A stretch of DNA of 63,703 nt, the filler included, from Octopus bimaculoides (taxonomy: Eukaryota), in the NCBI RefSeq assembly GCF_001194135.2. It is 5 parts of 5 records of this genome, joined end to end, with 100 filler letters (N's around TTAATTAATTAA, not from the genome) between each part and the next. Parts side by side here need not be neighbours in the genome. Positions count along the whole stretch, not along the records: positions 1 to 13,751 come from NC_068983.1; 4 more parts are not named here. One strand, 5' to 3'. Shown here one piece after another: positions 1-11,865 of this stretch (the stretch's first letter is position 1; the number at the start of each line of letters is the position of its first letter). Both the position numbers and the translations under genes were made by a program. The notes under the pieces were generated by a model. The model was not told the origin of the DNA and made no database searches. It was given only the letters and a program-made list of their open reading frames with translations.

Positions 1-51
1 TTTATACACGGTACTGTTGAAATAGACCATCATTACTTCCTTCATGTTCAC

Positions 52-83
<32 letters not shown>

Positions 84-189
84 TGTATGTATGTATGTAT
101 GTATGTATGTATGTATGCATGTATGTATACATTATATATGTACATATATCTATGTATGTACGAGGGGGTGCTGAAAAGTTATTGGCATT
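1..189 (+). repeat. Direct duplicate of 939-1127, including a (TATG)n tract and the left end of a mariner MITE
   Basis: 1-189 and 939-1127 align without offset change (shift 938). The second copy runs into a gap. Confidence 0.9.
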
Positions 190-377
190 AAGGGAGTCGC
201 GAAAGACCTGGCTGGAGGCCCATTCTTCCGATTTCTTTTACTGGGCTTAGGAAATCTGAATGACCGCTGCGATAAGTATGTGAATTTGAGAATGGGATGT
301 GTTGAGTAAAATCATAATTAACTGCCCGTCCTGTATTTTCCCTTACGCAAAGCCAAGTACTTTTCAGCAATCCCTGG
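161..377 (+). mobile_element. Non-autonomous Tc1/mariner (mariner-type) element retaining the transposase C-terminus
   Basis: Left TIR TA|CGAGGGGGTGCTGAAAAGT; right TIR ACTTTTCAGCAATCCCTGG (16/19 match). Internal peptides KTWLEAHSSDFF and GLGNLNDRCDKYVNLRMGCVE* resemble the mariner C-terminus W.....FY..GI..L..RW.KC....G.YVE. Confidence 0.75.
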
Positions 378-395
378 CATGTAGGNNNNNNNNNN

Positions 396-444
396 CTATG
401 ACCGCGAGTCCGCTGCCCTAACTACTGGGCTATTGCGCCTCCAC
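396..444 (-). mobile_element. tRNA-derived SINE head fragment, same family as 61553-61903
   Basis: Reverse complement GTGGAGGCGCAATAGCCCAGTAGTTAGGGCAGCGGACTCGCGGTCATAG matches the head of the 61.9 kb copy. Confidence 0.75.
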
Positions 445-989
445 ACAGAGCAATCAAAAGGTATTTATATGTTAGAACAGCGTTACAACTAATTTTTGGC
501 CAGTATACTTTGCATAATTAAAATTAAGACGAAATAATACCAACGGGAAAATGGCGTGAATTTCGATAATTAACTATGCAAAAAATTGTTAATTAATTGG
601 AATTTTCAACATAAAAAATATCCCAGCGGCAATTATTAGTCATTCTGAAAGAAAAAAATTAAACTAACTAATTAACGCTCGACCTGCTTCAAATAGCAGC
701 AATTTAGTTCTCAAATCACCATTTATAGTTATTAAAAAACTAAGTTTGAGATGAGTTCAAATTTGAAAGAATAACATATTGCGAAGAAATCTTTTAGTCA
801 TATAAGAATATGACTAACTTCGACTAACTGGAGCAAAAGATTAACTTATAATGATTTAATATTCATATTCGCCACCATAAAAAAACATTATTCATTGTCG
901 AAGGGGGAATTTCTTCGTCCCCAAGTCCAAGGCAACACTTTATACACGGTACTGTTGAAATAGACCATCATTACTTCCTTCATGTTCAC

Positions 990-1021
<32 letters not shown>

Positions 1022-1761
1022 TGTATGTATGTATGTATGTATGTATGTATGTATGCATGTATGTATACATTATATATGTACATATATCTATGTATGTACG
1101 AGGGGGTGCTGAAAAGTTATTGGCATTNNNNNNNNNNNNNNNNNNNNNNNNNNNNNNNNNNNNNNNNNNNNNNNNNNNNNNNNNNNNNNNNNNNNNNNNN
1201 NNNNNNNNNNNNNNNNNNNNNNNNNNNNNNNNNNNNNNNNNNNNNNNNNNNNNNNNNNNNNNNNNNNNNNNNNNNNNNNNNNNNNNNNNNNNNNNNNNNN
1301 NNNNNNNNNNNNNNNNNNNNNNNNNNNNNNNNNNNNNNNNNNNNNNNNNNNNNNNNNNNNNNNNNNNNNNNNNNNNNNNNNNNNNNNNNNNNNNNNNNNN
1401 NNNNNNNNNNNNNNNNNNNNNNNNNNNNNNNNNNNNNNNNNNNNNNNNNNNNNNNNNNNNNNNNNNNNNNNNNNNNNNNNNNNNNNNNNNNNNNNNNNNN
1501 NNNNNNNNNNNNNNNNNNNNNNNNNNNNNNNNNNNNNNNNNNNNNNNNNNNNNNNNNNNNNNNNNNNNNNNNNNNNNNNNNNNNNNNNNNNNNNNNNNNN
1601 NNNNNNNNNNNNNNNNNNNNNNNNNNNNNNNNNNTCACTTTGTTGTTTTTTTGTTTCTTTGTTATTGTGTTTTTGAACTATATATATATATATATACATA
1701 CATACATACATATAAACATACATATATGTACATGAGAATACACATACACACAAACGCACAC

Positions 1762-1810
<49 letters not shown>

Positions 1811-1900
1811 GAGGATATTATTGTTTATAATAATATCAGAGGATTAGGATGCATTAAAAAAATCCCATAAGGGTAAAAATCATGAATTAATTATTAGTAT

Positions 1901-1964
1901 GGGTACTAACGGGCAGTACCCGCACATTTTGACTGCTATGTGTCGATACTGCCTGTTAGTACCC
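1901..1964. repeat. Short inverted repeat / hairpin
   Basis: GGGTACTAACGGGCAGTA ... TACTGCCTGTTAGTACCC (17/18 complementary), with further inner pairing GCACAT/ATGTGT. Confidence 0.8.
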
Positions 1965-2119
1965 TTAATTATTAATACACACACATACATACATACATAC
2001 ACACACGCACATATATATATTTATATATATATATACATATACATACATATAGAAGTATATATAATATATACACGTATACATACATGCACACATACATACA
2101 TACATACATACATACATAT

Positions 2120-2562
2120 CTAATACAAAGTAGAGGAACATGAAAACGGAAATCCTAGGCAGTCAACCAAATTCCCGAACGCATAAAGGAAGACATTCAA
2201 TCAATGTAATTGAGTCATATACATTTATACACATCAATATAAATCATGCATGTATAGGCGTAAAGATTATCCAAAAGGAATAAAGAATGAAACTAAACAT
2301 ACGCAAAAATATGGGTGAGATATAGAAGTATATAAAAATATATAAAAATACATATAAAATCACATATAAATAAGGATTACATGTAAAAAGTTATGCGTGA
2401 TAAACATAGGGGGCACAAAGTGAATGAAAAGCTGATAAATAAACGAATAAAAATGTGAATCTTCAGAATAGCAGACCACCTAAATCGTCTAAAATATCTT
2501 ATACATCTAAAATATGAGATAAAAGTGACACAAGATATCAAGGTTAACAACAGTAAATAAAA
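2120..2562 (-). mobile_element. Penelope-like terminal-repeat segment, inverted copy of ~6450-6893
   Basis: Clear reverse-complement similarity over ~440 bp (roughly 85% by eye) to the segment following the hammerhead motif at 6336-6426. Confidence 0.7.
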
Positions 2563-2580
2563 CCAGAAATAAAACAAAGC

Positions 2581-2835
2581 AAGGTATATATAGGTGGTAC
2601 GAAAGTGTTCAAAAGGCGATATAAGGCCCATCTGAATTCCTTTTCAAACCCTAAGTATAAGAATTCCACTACCTTAGCGCCATATATAAATAAACTTAAG
2701 GATTGTAACTTGCCTTACGGCCTGACATGGTCTATAATTGCGAGGTCTCCCCCACATGGTATTGGTTCAGATATGTGTACATTCTGTGTAGAGGAATTGT
2801 ATATGATCCTTAAATTATATAACGGCAATATGTGA
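2581..2835 (+). mobile_element. Penelope-like element GIY-YIG endonuclease fragment
   Basis: KVYIGGTKVFKRRYKAHLNSFSNPKYKNSTTLAPYINKLKD...TWSII...CTFCVEELYMI fits the PLE endonuclease pattern YIG.T...FK.RY..H..SF....Y.N.T.L...W.I...C..C..E...I. Confidence 0.8.
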
Positions 2836-3130
2836 GATACGTTTTCAGACGCGATTCCCTCCTGTAGCGATAAATTTCACTCTACATTTCTGAAAACCTA
2901 TAAAATTTGATATACTAGTTAATTGAATTAGAACAATGTTGTAGTTATAATTATGATTCCACAGTATTTGGACTCTTCCACTCATAACTTACACGTGATC
3001 ATTTGATTTTGTTTAATAGTAAGACACCATCTTTTATTTTGACAGTATTATTGTGAGTTGCTTACAAAAGGAAATTTTACTGTAATTAGCCTCCTAGCAG
3101 GCTTGTGTTCTTATTTTTGAATGTGTCAAA

Positions 3131-4690
3131 ATGGAGACGAAGAGCTACGATTCAGTAACTGGAAGACAGGGGGCTGTGAAACCATGTTTGCTGGAGCAAC
3201 ATGTGGTGGAATTCGAGGATGATTTCTTTGAAAAATACCAAGGTATGGTGAAGAGGGATGGGTCTAACATAAAGTTGATACCCGCCCCCAGAAAAAGAAA
3301 CAGATAGAATGAGAAAAAGGGAGATAGTGTATAGAACATTATCGAGAAACGGAAAGAGAATTGAAATTGCACCGCAAAAAGTGGAGAAGTGCCTGGAAGG
3401 ATACAAGGACATTATTACAGTTTACACCAGAGGAAGAAAGTTTCGCACAGTGGCGGTGACTTTTGTCTCCGAAGAGGAGGCAAGAAAGTACACCACTGTG
3501 GCGATATATTCGGAGAAATGTACTCTCCTGCCTACCTACCTAGGCAAACGCGTTGTCAGGGTCAGGATAGGCAGGATTCCACCTGAAATTGTACCCGAAT
3601 GGCTGATGGCATTCTTGAAGAAGGAGATGAAGGAGGAGGCGATGACATTCAAATCATCCAGGTAGCACGGACCCAACAAACAAACTAATGGGGTTATGGG
3701 CTGGAGAGGGTACCTCAGGTCAATCAAGTAGAATATTCACGAATACCAGAGGCAATAGAGCTGCCCAATGGAGTAAAAATACAGGTAATCTTAGAAAGAA
3801 GGCTCCCTCCCTGCTATCTTAGCGGGCATAGGGGACATATTAAAAAAGGTACCGCAAACAAGTGAAGGAGGTTGCAGAGATGAAGGCGTAGACTGTAAAG
3901 CGGAAATGGAGCAAACAACCCAAGGCACGGAACAGGATGCAGAGTTTACAGAGAAAAAAAAACAAGAAAGAGAGAAAGGAGAAACACACCGCCAGGGAAG
4001 AACTACAGCACAAGAAACACAAGATACAGGAAGCATAAGCACACTCAACGAAAGAAGCATCAATAACAAGCAGAAGCAACGTACCTACGGTTTCACTAAA
4101 AACGAAAAACATCACAAACAGAGCTAAATCACCAAGCAAACACACAGACACACAGACATACAAGACACATAATAGAAACAACACATATTTGATAACATGC
4201 GGCACAAATCAAAAAATTGAAAGGAAAATATCTAAACTGAAAAATATTACGAGGGTTAAACTAACAGATGGTTATGATAAGAACATGAAATGCATTTTAG
4301 CAGAGGGAGAAAAATACAGAACATTAACTGAAACATTTCCACCGGAAGTAAATGCACTGGGGTCGGAGGTGAGAAATGAATCCCGTCCCCCAGTAGTAGA
4401 ATATGAGGATATAAAATAAGATATAAAGTGGTAGGTAAAAATTAGTGACAAATATCTGTTTTAAAAATAGAATATAAAAAAGAGAACTGTGAATGAACTT
4501 GCTTGTATATAAACATTTAAATTATTCGTAAAAACGTGACCACCCCGGAGTGGAGCCGCGTGGCCGTCTTATCCTCATTTGTATGAATTCATGTAATTCA
4601 TTTTTCATACGTTATATGTCCTCACATGTTTTATATTGTCCCCTCTGTGTTGGCCCCTTGTGGGTAATTAAAAATTATAGTATGATGCCA
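3131..4690 (+). mobile_element. Degenerate L1/Tx1-type ORF1 (gag-like, zinc knuckle) element, copy 1; no ORF2 visible
   Basis: REIVYRT...RGRKFRTVAVTF...LLPTYLGKRVVRVRIGRIPPEI, then IPEAIELPNGVKIQVILERRLPPCYLSGHRGHIKK (decayed CCHC knuckle). Its 3' tail (ATTGTCCCCTCTGTGTTGGCCCCTTGTGGGTAATTAAA) is shared with copy 2. Confidence 0.6.
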
Positions 4691-4821
4691 TCGTTTTTTT
4701 CGGTGAGTGATAATTTTATTGCTGGTTTTGTGTATTTTTCAATACATCATTTTAATTGTTTTGCTGCCTTACGGCAAACTGTTCACGTTTTCCCCTTTCA
4801 AAGAGTGGTATTAGCTCAGGT

Positions 4822-6310
4822 ATGATGCAATATAAAACCTTCACCTCCTCGGAGCTAAGATCTTCTGACGAGGAGCTTTTGAGGTCGATTGATAAAGTAG
4901 ATGAAAGGTTGAAAAAGGGGAACTTTGCAGATGGGTCAAGGAGACACAATAATGAGGCTGAAGAGCTATAAGAATATTTTGAGTAGAGAGGGATATGATG
5001 TAAAAGTGTCCCCTCCTCAAGAAATGATAAATGACACGAAGTAGAGAACAATAATCTATAGAACCTATCCCACAGAAGCAGGGAAGATAGGAATAACGAC
5101 AACTACGCAGATTGAAAGGGCATTAAAAGCAATCTGGCAAGAAATCACGTATCTTGCCAGAGGAACAAAATATGGAACAGTGAAGGTGCTTTTCCGAGAA
5201 GTGGTTATTGTCAGATTACACTCGGCAACCACGTTAAAAGCTGGAGAATTGGTACTTCTACCCACACACCATGGGAGGCGTGCTTCCAGGTGAGGGTAGA
5301 AGATATACCACTGGAAATTGAGTAGCCTGGATAGTAGCCGTCATACTATTCGGAAACGAAGAAAAAATAACGGTTCTCCAGACCACAAAAACGGCATACA
5401 AAAATTGGAAAGGACAGACCTTGGATATGATTATGCAGGCATCTGCCGAAAATATAGAAACTCTGACTGAAGCTATGACTACAGAAGATGTAATAATTAG
5501 GGATAAGGTGGAGGGCAGGATCCCACGATGTTACAATTGTGGCCTAAAAGCCACAAAAATCCCCAGGAAGAACCCCAAGAAAGATCCGTGAGCAAGGAGC
5601 AGGTCGTACCAACAGTAACAACAAAGAAAAAGAAGACAACGAAACTAACAACGAATGGGAAATGGCTGGGAAAAGTAAGAGAAAGATGAGAAAAAAAGCA
5701 TATCATGTGGATATGACAAGAAATCCACCTAACTTTCGCCCACACCCTCTTTGCCCCATCCTCCCCCACAGACACCAAACGTCTGACTCAAAGAAGAGCA
5801 CACACACACAAGAACCCCCAAGCTTCCCCTCCTCCGGCCGAGGAAAAAAGTAATGTAATGTATGACGATTCAAATGACGAACTCTGCGACGAAGTGAGCA
5901 CTTGTGAAGATACAGTTGTAGTGAGTACAAAACCGTATACCAAAATACAAGGGTGTTATAATTGCTTGCTGGTATCCCAGCACCAATTATCAAAAATAAT
6001 AGAATACAAGGATGGATTTAAATACTGGAAGATAAAAATAGGCATAAGTGTGCTACCATGCTACATAGACTATATGGACCTTCTAACAAATCATAAGATT
6101 GACATTTTTGCAGGAACTCAGATCAAAGTATTGTATAAGTGAAGCCGCTCCGAGGTGGGAGCTGAAAAGCTTCATTACATTGTTCATTTTTCATCTTCAT
6201 CTCACTTTGTTGTCATATGCTTTTCGTTTTTTCCTTTGTTTTTTTTTTGTCGCCACATATCTTTTATTGTTCCCTCTATGTCGACCTCTTGTGGGAAATA
6301 AAATATCCTA
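4822..6310 (+). mobile_element. Degenerate L1/Tx1-type ORF1 element, copy 2 (diverged paralog of 3131-4690)
   Basis: RTIIYRT...RGTKYGTVKVLF...LLPTHHGRRAS and VEGRIPRCYNCGLK parallel copy 1 motif for motif. 3' tail ATTGTTCCCTCTATGTCGACCTCTTGTGGGAAATAAAA. Confidence 0.6.
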
Positions 6311-6335
6311 GTATGAAGGCAGCCACCAAGGAGTA

Positions 6336-6426
6336 CATAATCCTGATGATGGGGACATTACATATATGAAAGGTTTAATTGTCTAACCCTAGCTGGTAAT
6401 GTACCCCTGAAACGGCCGGAGATGGA
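6336..6426 (+). ncRNA. Degenerate type I hammerhead ribozyme of a Penelope-like terminal repeat
   Basis: CTGATGA at 6343-6349; stem II GGGGACATTAC/GTAATGTACCCC; GAAAC at 6409; palindromic CGGCCG stem III. The cleavage triplet reads GGA instead of GUA. Stem I is weak (ATC/GAT). Confidence 0.65.
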
Positions 6427-6955
6427 ACACCCTCCTATTTTTCGGATCCTTCTTATTTACTGTTGTTAACATTGATATCGTCTGTCAATTTTATCTCATA
6501 TTTCAGATGTATTAGAAATGTTAGACGATTTAGGCGGTCTGCCATTTTGAAGATTCACATTTTTATTCCTATATTTATCAACCTCTCATTCGCTTTGTGT
6601 CCCCAATGTTTATCACGCAAAACTTTTTACATGTAATCCCTATTTATATGTGATTTTATATGTATTTTTTATCTATTTTTATATGCTTTTATATCTCTCC
6701 TATATTTTTATGTATGTTTGGTTTTATTATATATACCCTTGGATAATCTTTATGCCTATACATGCACGATTTATGTTGATGTGTATAAATGTATATGATT
6801 CAATTACATTGATTGAATATCTTCATTTATGCGTTCGGGAATTTGGTTGACTGCCTAAAATTTCCGTTTTCATTTTCCTCTACTTTGTATTAGTTTGCAT
6901 TGGCTCTCTACGAGCACTCCGTAAATAGCCCATACTTTCTATAACATACTTAATA
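6427..6955 (+). mobile_element. Penelope-like terminal repeat / UTR downstream of the hammerhead
   Basis: Directly follows the hammerhead motif; inverted homolog at 2120-2562. Confidence 0.65.
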
Positions 6956-7639
6956 TGATATATATATATATATANNNNNNNNNNNNNNNNNNNNNNNNNN
7001 NNNNNNNNNNNNNNNNNNNNNNNNNNNNNNNNNNNNNNNNNNNNNNNNNNNNNNNNNNNNNNNNNNNNNNNNNNNNNNNNNNNNNNNNNNNNNNNNNNNN
7101 NNNNNNNNNNNNNNNNNNNNNNNNNNNNNNNNNNNNNNNNNNNNNNNNNNNNNNNNNNNNNNNNNNNNNNNNNNNNNNNNNNNNNNNNNNNNNNNNNNNN
7201 NNNNNNNNNNNNNNNNNNNNNNNNNNNNNNNNNNNNNNNNNNNNNNNNNNNNNNNNNNNNNNNNNNNNNNNNNNNNNNNNNNNNNNNNNNNNNNNNNNNN
7301 NNNNNNNNNNNNNNNNNNNNNNNNNNNNNNNNNNNNNNNNNNNNNNNNNNNNNNNNNNNNNNNNNNNNNNNNNNNNNNNNNNNNNNNNNNNNNNNNNNNN
7401 NNNNNNNNNNNNNNNNNNNNNNNNNNNNNNNNNNNNNNNNNNNNNNNNNNNNNNNNNNNNNNNNNNNNNNNNNNNNNNNNNNNNNNNNNNNNNNNNNNNN
7501 NNNNNNNNNNNNNNNNNNNNNNNNNNNNNNNNNNNNNNNNNNNNNNNNNNNNNNNNNNNNNNNNNNNNNNNNNNNNNNNNNNNNNNNNNNNNNNNNNNNN
7601 NNNNNNNNNNNNNNNNNNNNNNATATATATATATATATA

Positions 7640-10350
7640 TACACATATAAGTATGAACAGTAATTTATACATAAAAATTGTGGTTGGCGTACATATGTAA
7701 CGTTTTTGTATATGTTGAAATTCCATAATTGAATAAAATAAATCAGTCCAATAGAAAGTGAACGATAAAGCAATTGCTAAGATATGAATAAGAGTCATGT
7801 CGGACCTCTCATGACTGAGGTTAGAATATGAATGGGTGTCCCGGTGCCAAGTAATTAAGTGACAATTAATAATACAATTAAAATGAATTGCTTTGTAGTT
7901 CAGGTTTGTATTTTTGGATGAAATATGTCTCTTTATTGAGTCGGGCTTGTGTAGAAGTCCAGTCAGCAAATTTATATAGGGGCAAAATACTGAATTTAGG
8001 TTGTATTTGTTTCGTACATACGTCGATATGTTCGCTGAGATAATTTTGGCGGTATTATGGTGAGACTATCTGTTGACGATGCACCGTACAACGTTGACGG
8101 ATAAAATTCTCGTGCTACCGGTATAGTCTTTCTGGCAGCTCGAGCATCTGATTACGTAGATTAGATTTTCGAATGCACAAGTGAAATTTGATTTAACTAA
8201 AGTGTTGCCCTTGCTTAAAATAGTATTCTGACCCTTCTAAAAGGTTGTTGCATTAGTCAGCAGTTTCTTTAATGACTTGGGTTGTTTGTTGCTTTTGACA
8301 TTTTAAATGTCACATAAAATTCTTTTTCGTTTTGGGTCCTTGTGTAGTTTTGGTAGGTTTTGTATGATTGTACTGAATGCTTCTTTGTTTCTGGGGTTGT
8401 ATGTGGAAATCTAGGGTAGTGTTTTAAGGAGGGGTTTGTTAATGTCTTTGGCTTTTCTTAATGTCTTGGTGTTGATAGATTTGGCATGTTTTAATTCTTC
8501 ATTAATGAGTCGGATTGGGTAGTGTCTATCCAGGAGGACGTTTTTCAGTTCTTGTAGTCTTAAATCTCTAGTTTTTTTCTCTGAGACAATAGTGCAGATT
8601 CTTCTTGCAAGGTTGAAGGGGATGTTTGTTTTTGTGTGTCTAGGATGGCAACAGCTAAAGAGAAGGTATTGTTTTGCATCTGTTGTTTTATAAAATATGT
8701 CTGTTTGGCGTTTGTTGTTGTTTGTTTTTTAATTAGAATGTCTAGGAATGGAAGTGCCTCCTGGTTGTATTCAATAGTGAATTGAATGCTTGTGTGGATG
8801 CTGTTCAGCAGTGTCTTAAATTCTAGAAACAGTCATCCAGGTATCTCTTCCAATTCTCTTTAATGTATTGGGCGAGAGGGCCTCCAAATTTTCGCAGTGA
8901 ATCCTGATATATTTTTTCCTCTAAGAATCCCATTGTTGGCAATGGTAGGTGCTGTTTCCGTGCCCATCGCCATTCCCGATATTTGACGGTAACAGTTGGT
9001 TCAAAAATGAAATGATTATTCTGGAGAATGAATTTAATTAATTCAATGATGAAGGTTTTGCTTATTCGTTCTGGTATTTCCTCTAGATGTAGTTCTAGCC
9101 AGAACCAAATCATTTCTATTCCATGATCATGTGGAATGTTGGAGTATAGTTTATAGCTTATAACATCGAAGGAGACCATGAGGGATTCTTTCCCGACCTG
9201 TTCTGGGAGATGGTTAAGCATGTCTAAATCATCTCTGATGTAGCTTCTAATATGTTTTATATATGGCATCAGGAGAATGTCCGTGAAGTAACTTAATCTG
9301 TGTGTCTCAGAGGATGGGCCAGCTATGATAGGTCGTAATTTTAGGTATCCTGATGTTGGTGTGTGTATGTATGTATGCATGTATGTGGTGAGTTGTTGAT
9401 GGCTTCATTGATGGTTGGGCTTTTCTGGAGTTGGAGGATGCCATAGAAAAGGCTGGGTTTGTATTTGAAATTTGTTAGGAAATCTAATTCCTTTTTCGTG
9501 AGGTCTTGCCCAAGGGTATGTATTAGTGAGGAGAGGTTTTTCATTATTTTTGGGGATTGTAGTTGTTGATTTCTTCATGTTACTCATTCTTGTTTAGTAA
9601 GGACATGACTAGATTTCTGTAGTAGGATGTGTCCATAATTACCACTGCGCTGCCTTTGTCTGCTTCTTTGACTGTCATTTCTTTACTGTTTTGTAGTTCA
9701 TTAATTTCATTCTATTAGATTTTACTGAGGTTTGGGATGGTTTGTTGTTTGTGCAGGGTGTGATAGGGAAAGTTTTCGATGTGTTTCCAAAATTCATCAA
9801 GGCTTTAGTTTCGTTCTTTGTGGGGGGTGTATTCGCTTTTGTTCTTGACCAATGATTCATCCTGATCATCAAAGTCGGTCAGTGCCTCTGCAAGTCTTAA
9901 TTTCCTGCAGAACTCTGAGATGCTGTCTTTAATTTCACTTTGATTGGCTCTGCGGGGTGTCGGTGTGAATTAGAGTCCTTTGGAGCCTATCTTAATGTTA
10001 GATAAGGATAAGTGGGAGAGGTTGATTACCTTGGGTTTTTCCTGTGAATCGGGTTTCACCTTGTTATCTGTTTCATCTGGTGTGTGACTAAAACATATTG
10101 GCTGTTTGGGTATGGACTACTTGTGGGGGTGGGGTTTAGTGTGTGGTAACGTTGTTTGTTTTGGAGTGTTTCTAGTGTGTGGGTGCCTGGTGTTAGGTGC
10201 GGTCCAAAATAGATCCTCTTTTCTCTGGTTAGTTGTGGGATGCTGGTTGTTTTTTTTTGTGTGTGTATGGGTTGTTCGTGTAAAATGAGGATTTCCGTTG
10301 TGTGGGTGGTGAAGTTGAGGGATTAGTTTTCTGCTAGCTCACCGCCTTTA
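7640..10350 (-). mobile_element. Near full-length decayed Penelope-like retroelement (RT plus GIY-YIG)
   Basis: RT motifs KGL*FTPTP, KEADKGSAVV, FYG...KS, LRPIIAGPSS, LMVSFDV...LYSNIPH, WKRYLDDCF (about 8800-9990). Endonuclease NFTC..NLIYVIRCSSCQKDYTG...FSILPLYK...RLNKETYFIQKYKPEL (about 7890-8230). Many stops and frameshifts. Confidence 0.92.
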
Positions 10351-10526
10351 ATTTGCAAATTTATGCTTGCCAAGATTGAATGGTAAAATTGAATTGAAAT
10401 CCTATTACAAAACAAAATAAATGCAGTAGAATGGTCATTAAATGGTTTCAAATCAACCATACGTTCAGTCAATTTTTCCACATTAAAAAAACATTAATCC
10501 GACAAATAAATCATAAGTCATTAATA

Positions 10527-10628
10527 CAGTAGAATTAGCCAAATCAGTTTTTGCCTAAATCGTTAATTCACCTAATTCGTCACTTTAAAATTTTATCCTA
10601 GGGATGATTAATTAGGCGAATTCTACTG
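10527..10628. mobile_element. Tc1/mariner-superfamily (Tigger-like) MITE
   Basis: TA|CAGTAGAATTAGCC ... GGCGAATTCTACTG|TA. Confidence 0.75.
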
Positions 10629-10986
10629 TATTTATTTAAAATTTATTTTATTTTATTTCATTTTTAAAATACTGTTTTTTCAAAAAAAAAAAATAGCCCA
10701 TGGGCTTTTAAATACATTTTGCTTAAATAATATTAAATAATATATTTTGCTTAAATAATAAAAAAAAGCCCACGGGCTTAAATAATTTTGCTTAAATAAT
10801 ATTTTTCTGAAAATAATAAAATTTACTGAGGCTATACAAGAAAAGAATTTCTAAATATAAGCCCATCGACTTGAAATTGAATTGGCTTATTTTTGGAAAA
10901 ACCCAGACATATTTTTATAATTTTTGTTTTGATAAAATATAGTAAATTGAAAAAAAAAGTTATTCACGGCTGCAATATTTTAAGTA

Positions 10987-11054
10987 CAGTAGAAGTTAAG
11001 TTTTAAATACGTTTTAGTTTCGTTTAGAGGTGACGAATTAGGCATGTTCTACTG
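10987..11054. mobile_element. Second, shorter MITE of the same CAGTAGAA family
   Basis: TA|CAGTAGAA ... TTCTACTG|TA; right end GACGAATTAGGCATGTTCTACTG resembles that of 10527-10628. Confidence 0.65.
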
Positions 11055-11204
11055 TAGAAATCTTGCTCGGTACTTTTCCAAGTTTTATAACATAAGAGTA
11101 TTAACATGCATGCGCCCGCATTTTTCACTTTAATATATATGTGTGTGCGTGTGTGTGTTTGTGTGTATTCTCAGTTTTGTGTGCGCGCGTATGTGTGTGT
11201 GTGT

Positions 11205-11865
11205 GCATGGGCGGTAATCTGCTACTCAACGTATCCACCCGCAGCGTCTACAGCGAGATCAAGACGGCTCAAGAACGTGGCGAGTGTTTACCGCAATGCG
11301 CCAGTGGGAAGGTCTCTCAACATTTCTTTCATCTTGGCTGCCAGTTCGTCTGAGATTACAATGAGAGGTGATCGGAAATTGGGGTTGATGATGTCGTTCT
11401 GTTAAACATAGGGCCGTTCAGCCAGCAACCAGGGTGTGACCACAATCTCCAACAGCTTCGTGCAGCCGTCTCAAATGTGCCTAAAGCCTTGTTCATTAGT
11501 TGTTGGATGATTTCGGGCGTGCAGACGCAATTAGAACGCATGTTGTGTACCTTCATGCTGGTCACGGCTTCGAGGTCTCAGCTGAGGCTGTCCAATTCAC
11601 GTTTTACAGACCTGACAGCGTTCACAGAACATTGAGTAGTAGACATGATGTCGACAATTGGATACCTGGCGCCAGTCAACTTGATATTGGTAATATGTTT
11701 CCAATATTTATATGGCTTCCAGGCCTCCGTTTCAACCAAGTTTTTTCTCCTACCAGAACTTTAATGTTATGCTCTCCAACACCGTCGTCCGTTCACCAAT
11801 ACATGAAGCTGTCCTTGGACAAAGAAGACATAAATATCGTCAGATTGATCCCGAACAACCTGTAT
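11205..11865 (-). mobile_element. Internally deleted Tc1/mariner transposon remnant (maT/DD37D-like)
   Basis: Minus-strand peptides CTPEIIQQ, LLEIVVTPWLLAERPYV*QND (cf. V.PW....RPYVFQQD) and TFLSRLDLAVDAAGGYVE* (cf. F..RL.AV..A.GGY.E). Subfamily call is tentative. Confidence 0.65.

Noticed and set aside
939-1127. Biological tandem duplication of 1-189
   Set aside because: Apparently identical, including microsatellite length, and abuts a gap; more likely redundant contig ends or haplotypes.
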